From: Pelagomonas calceolata
Lineage: Eukaryota
DNA: 64,000 bases
Assembly (NCBI GenBank): GCA_918797485.1
Contig: CAKKNE010000003.1
Coordinates: 4,526,001 to 4,590,000 of the forward strand
Direction of reading: 5' to 3'
The translations under genes and the position numbers were made by a program. Positions 63,064 through 64,000 of the stretch are shown piece by piece. The notes under the pieces are model-generated. The model was not told the DNA's origin and did no database searches. It saw nothing but the letters and a program-made list of their open reading frames with translations. Position 1 is the stretch's first letter. Each line of letters starts with the position of its first letter.

Positions 63064-64000
63064 ATGGTCTACGGCCAGTTCCACGACTGTGATGCGGGTT
63101 CCACGATTATCCTGGACGTCGGCTCGTCGTCCGTGAAGGCCGGCTTCTGCGGCGAGGACCTCCCGCGGGCCGTCTTTCCCGCTCGCGTGGGCGACAAGCC
63201 GACACACAAAAAGCGGTCCGCGCGCGGCATGCCCGAGAGCGCCGAGGCGACGCCGGCGACTCGCCGGGACTTCCCGGTGCGGGACGGCGCCGTCGCGGAC
63301 TGGGATCTTTTGGGGAAACTGCTGGAACTTACTTTTACGGAAGAACTGGAGACAACACCGGAGCAGGGCTACGCCGTCCTGGTCGCCGAGGCGCCGGGCG
63401 CCAAGGAGGAACAGCGGGAGAGGATGGCCCGGCTCCTCTTCGAGACCCTGAAGGCGCCGGCCGTGTGCTTCTACAACGCGGCTGCTTTGTCGCTTTTCGC
63501 GTCCGGGCGGACGCGCGGGCTCGTTTTAGACGTGGGCGCGAGCGTCTCGAAAGCCGTGCCGGTCTTCGAGGGATTTGGGATAGCGCACGCGCTGACGACC
63601 TCGAAGCGCGCGGGCGCGGCGGTAACGGCTGTGCTGGCCGAAAAAATGGGATTGGGCCACGACGACGCGCGCCGCGCGAAGGAAAAGGCGTGCGCGTTCG
63701 GGGCTCCCGAGGACGTTGAGGTCGAGCTCCCCGATGGCACGGTCGTTTCCGTGGACGCCGCGGCGCGGGCTTTGGCGCCGGAGGCGCTCTTCGAGGACCG
63801 CGAAGTCGGGGAGGTCGACGAGGACTGCACGAGCCTCACGCGGCCGGGCGACGACGACCGGAACCTTCAAACGCTCGTCGCGTCGTCCCTGCAGCTGTGC
63901 GACAAGGACCTGCAGGTCGAGTTCGCCGAGAACGTCGTGCTGGCCGGCGGCACGACCATGCTGCCCGGCTTTTGCGGCCGTTTGCAGAATGAGCTCGAGC
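63064..64000 (+). CDS. Actin-related protein, runs off the window end
   Basis: IILDVGSSSVKAGFCGEDLPRAVFP; LFASGRTRGLVLDVG; NVVLAGGTTMLPGF; absent from the ORF track because there is no stop. Confidence 0.9.
   Translation, partial: MVYGQFHDCDAGSTIILDVGSSSVKAGFCGEDLPRAVFPARVGDKPTHKKRSARGMPESAEATPATRRDFPVRDGAVADWDLLGKLLELTFTEELETTPEQGYAVLVAEAPGAKEEQRERMARLLFETLKAPAVCFYNAAALSLFASGRTRGLVLDVGASVSKAVPVFEGFGIAHALTTSKRAGAAVTAVLAEKMGLGHDDARRAKEKACAFGAPEDVEVELPDGTVVSVDAAARALAPEALFEDREVGEVDEDCTSLTRPGDDDRNLQTLVASSLQLCDKDLQVEFAENVVLAGGTTMLPGFCGRLQNELE

Overview
High-GC eukaryotic DNA, most likely from a pelagophyte alga (Aureococcus/Pelagomonas type), inferred from ~200-bp introns with TIRs and 8-bp target-site duplications (introner elements). 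Positions ~1-52 kb hold about 17 mostly secretory-pathway glycan-modifying genes (glycosyl-, methyl-, O-acetyl- and sulfotransferases, several of them multi-domain fusions). They are separated by AT-richer spacers built from transposon debris. Housekeeping genes appear from ~38 kb: uroporphyrinogen-III synthase, QCR7, elongase, SF1/BBP, patatin, TPR, WW and an actin-like gene. Main observations: (1) a pervasive, strictly ruled, often nested 6-bp insertion (XY -> XY-C-revcomp(XY)-G-XY), provable by comparing repeat copies and resembling hairpin-type excision footprints; (2) a copia family with non-canonical TA...TA LTR ends confirmed by 5-bp TSDs and a half-tRNAiMet PBS, whose pieces bracket glycan genes; (3) ten introner-derived introns plus an intergenic hAT-like relative whose termini differ at the base that creates the splice acceptor; (4) stacked retro-insertions, a foldback element and conserved-core hairpins. 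All family assignments come from motif recognition by eye; no searches were run.
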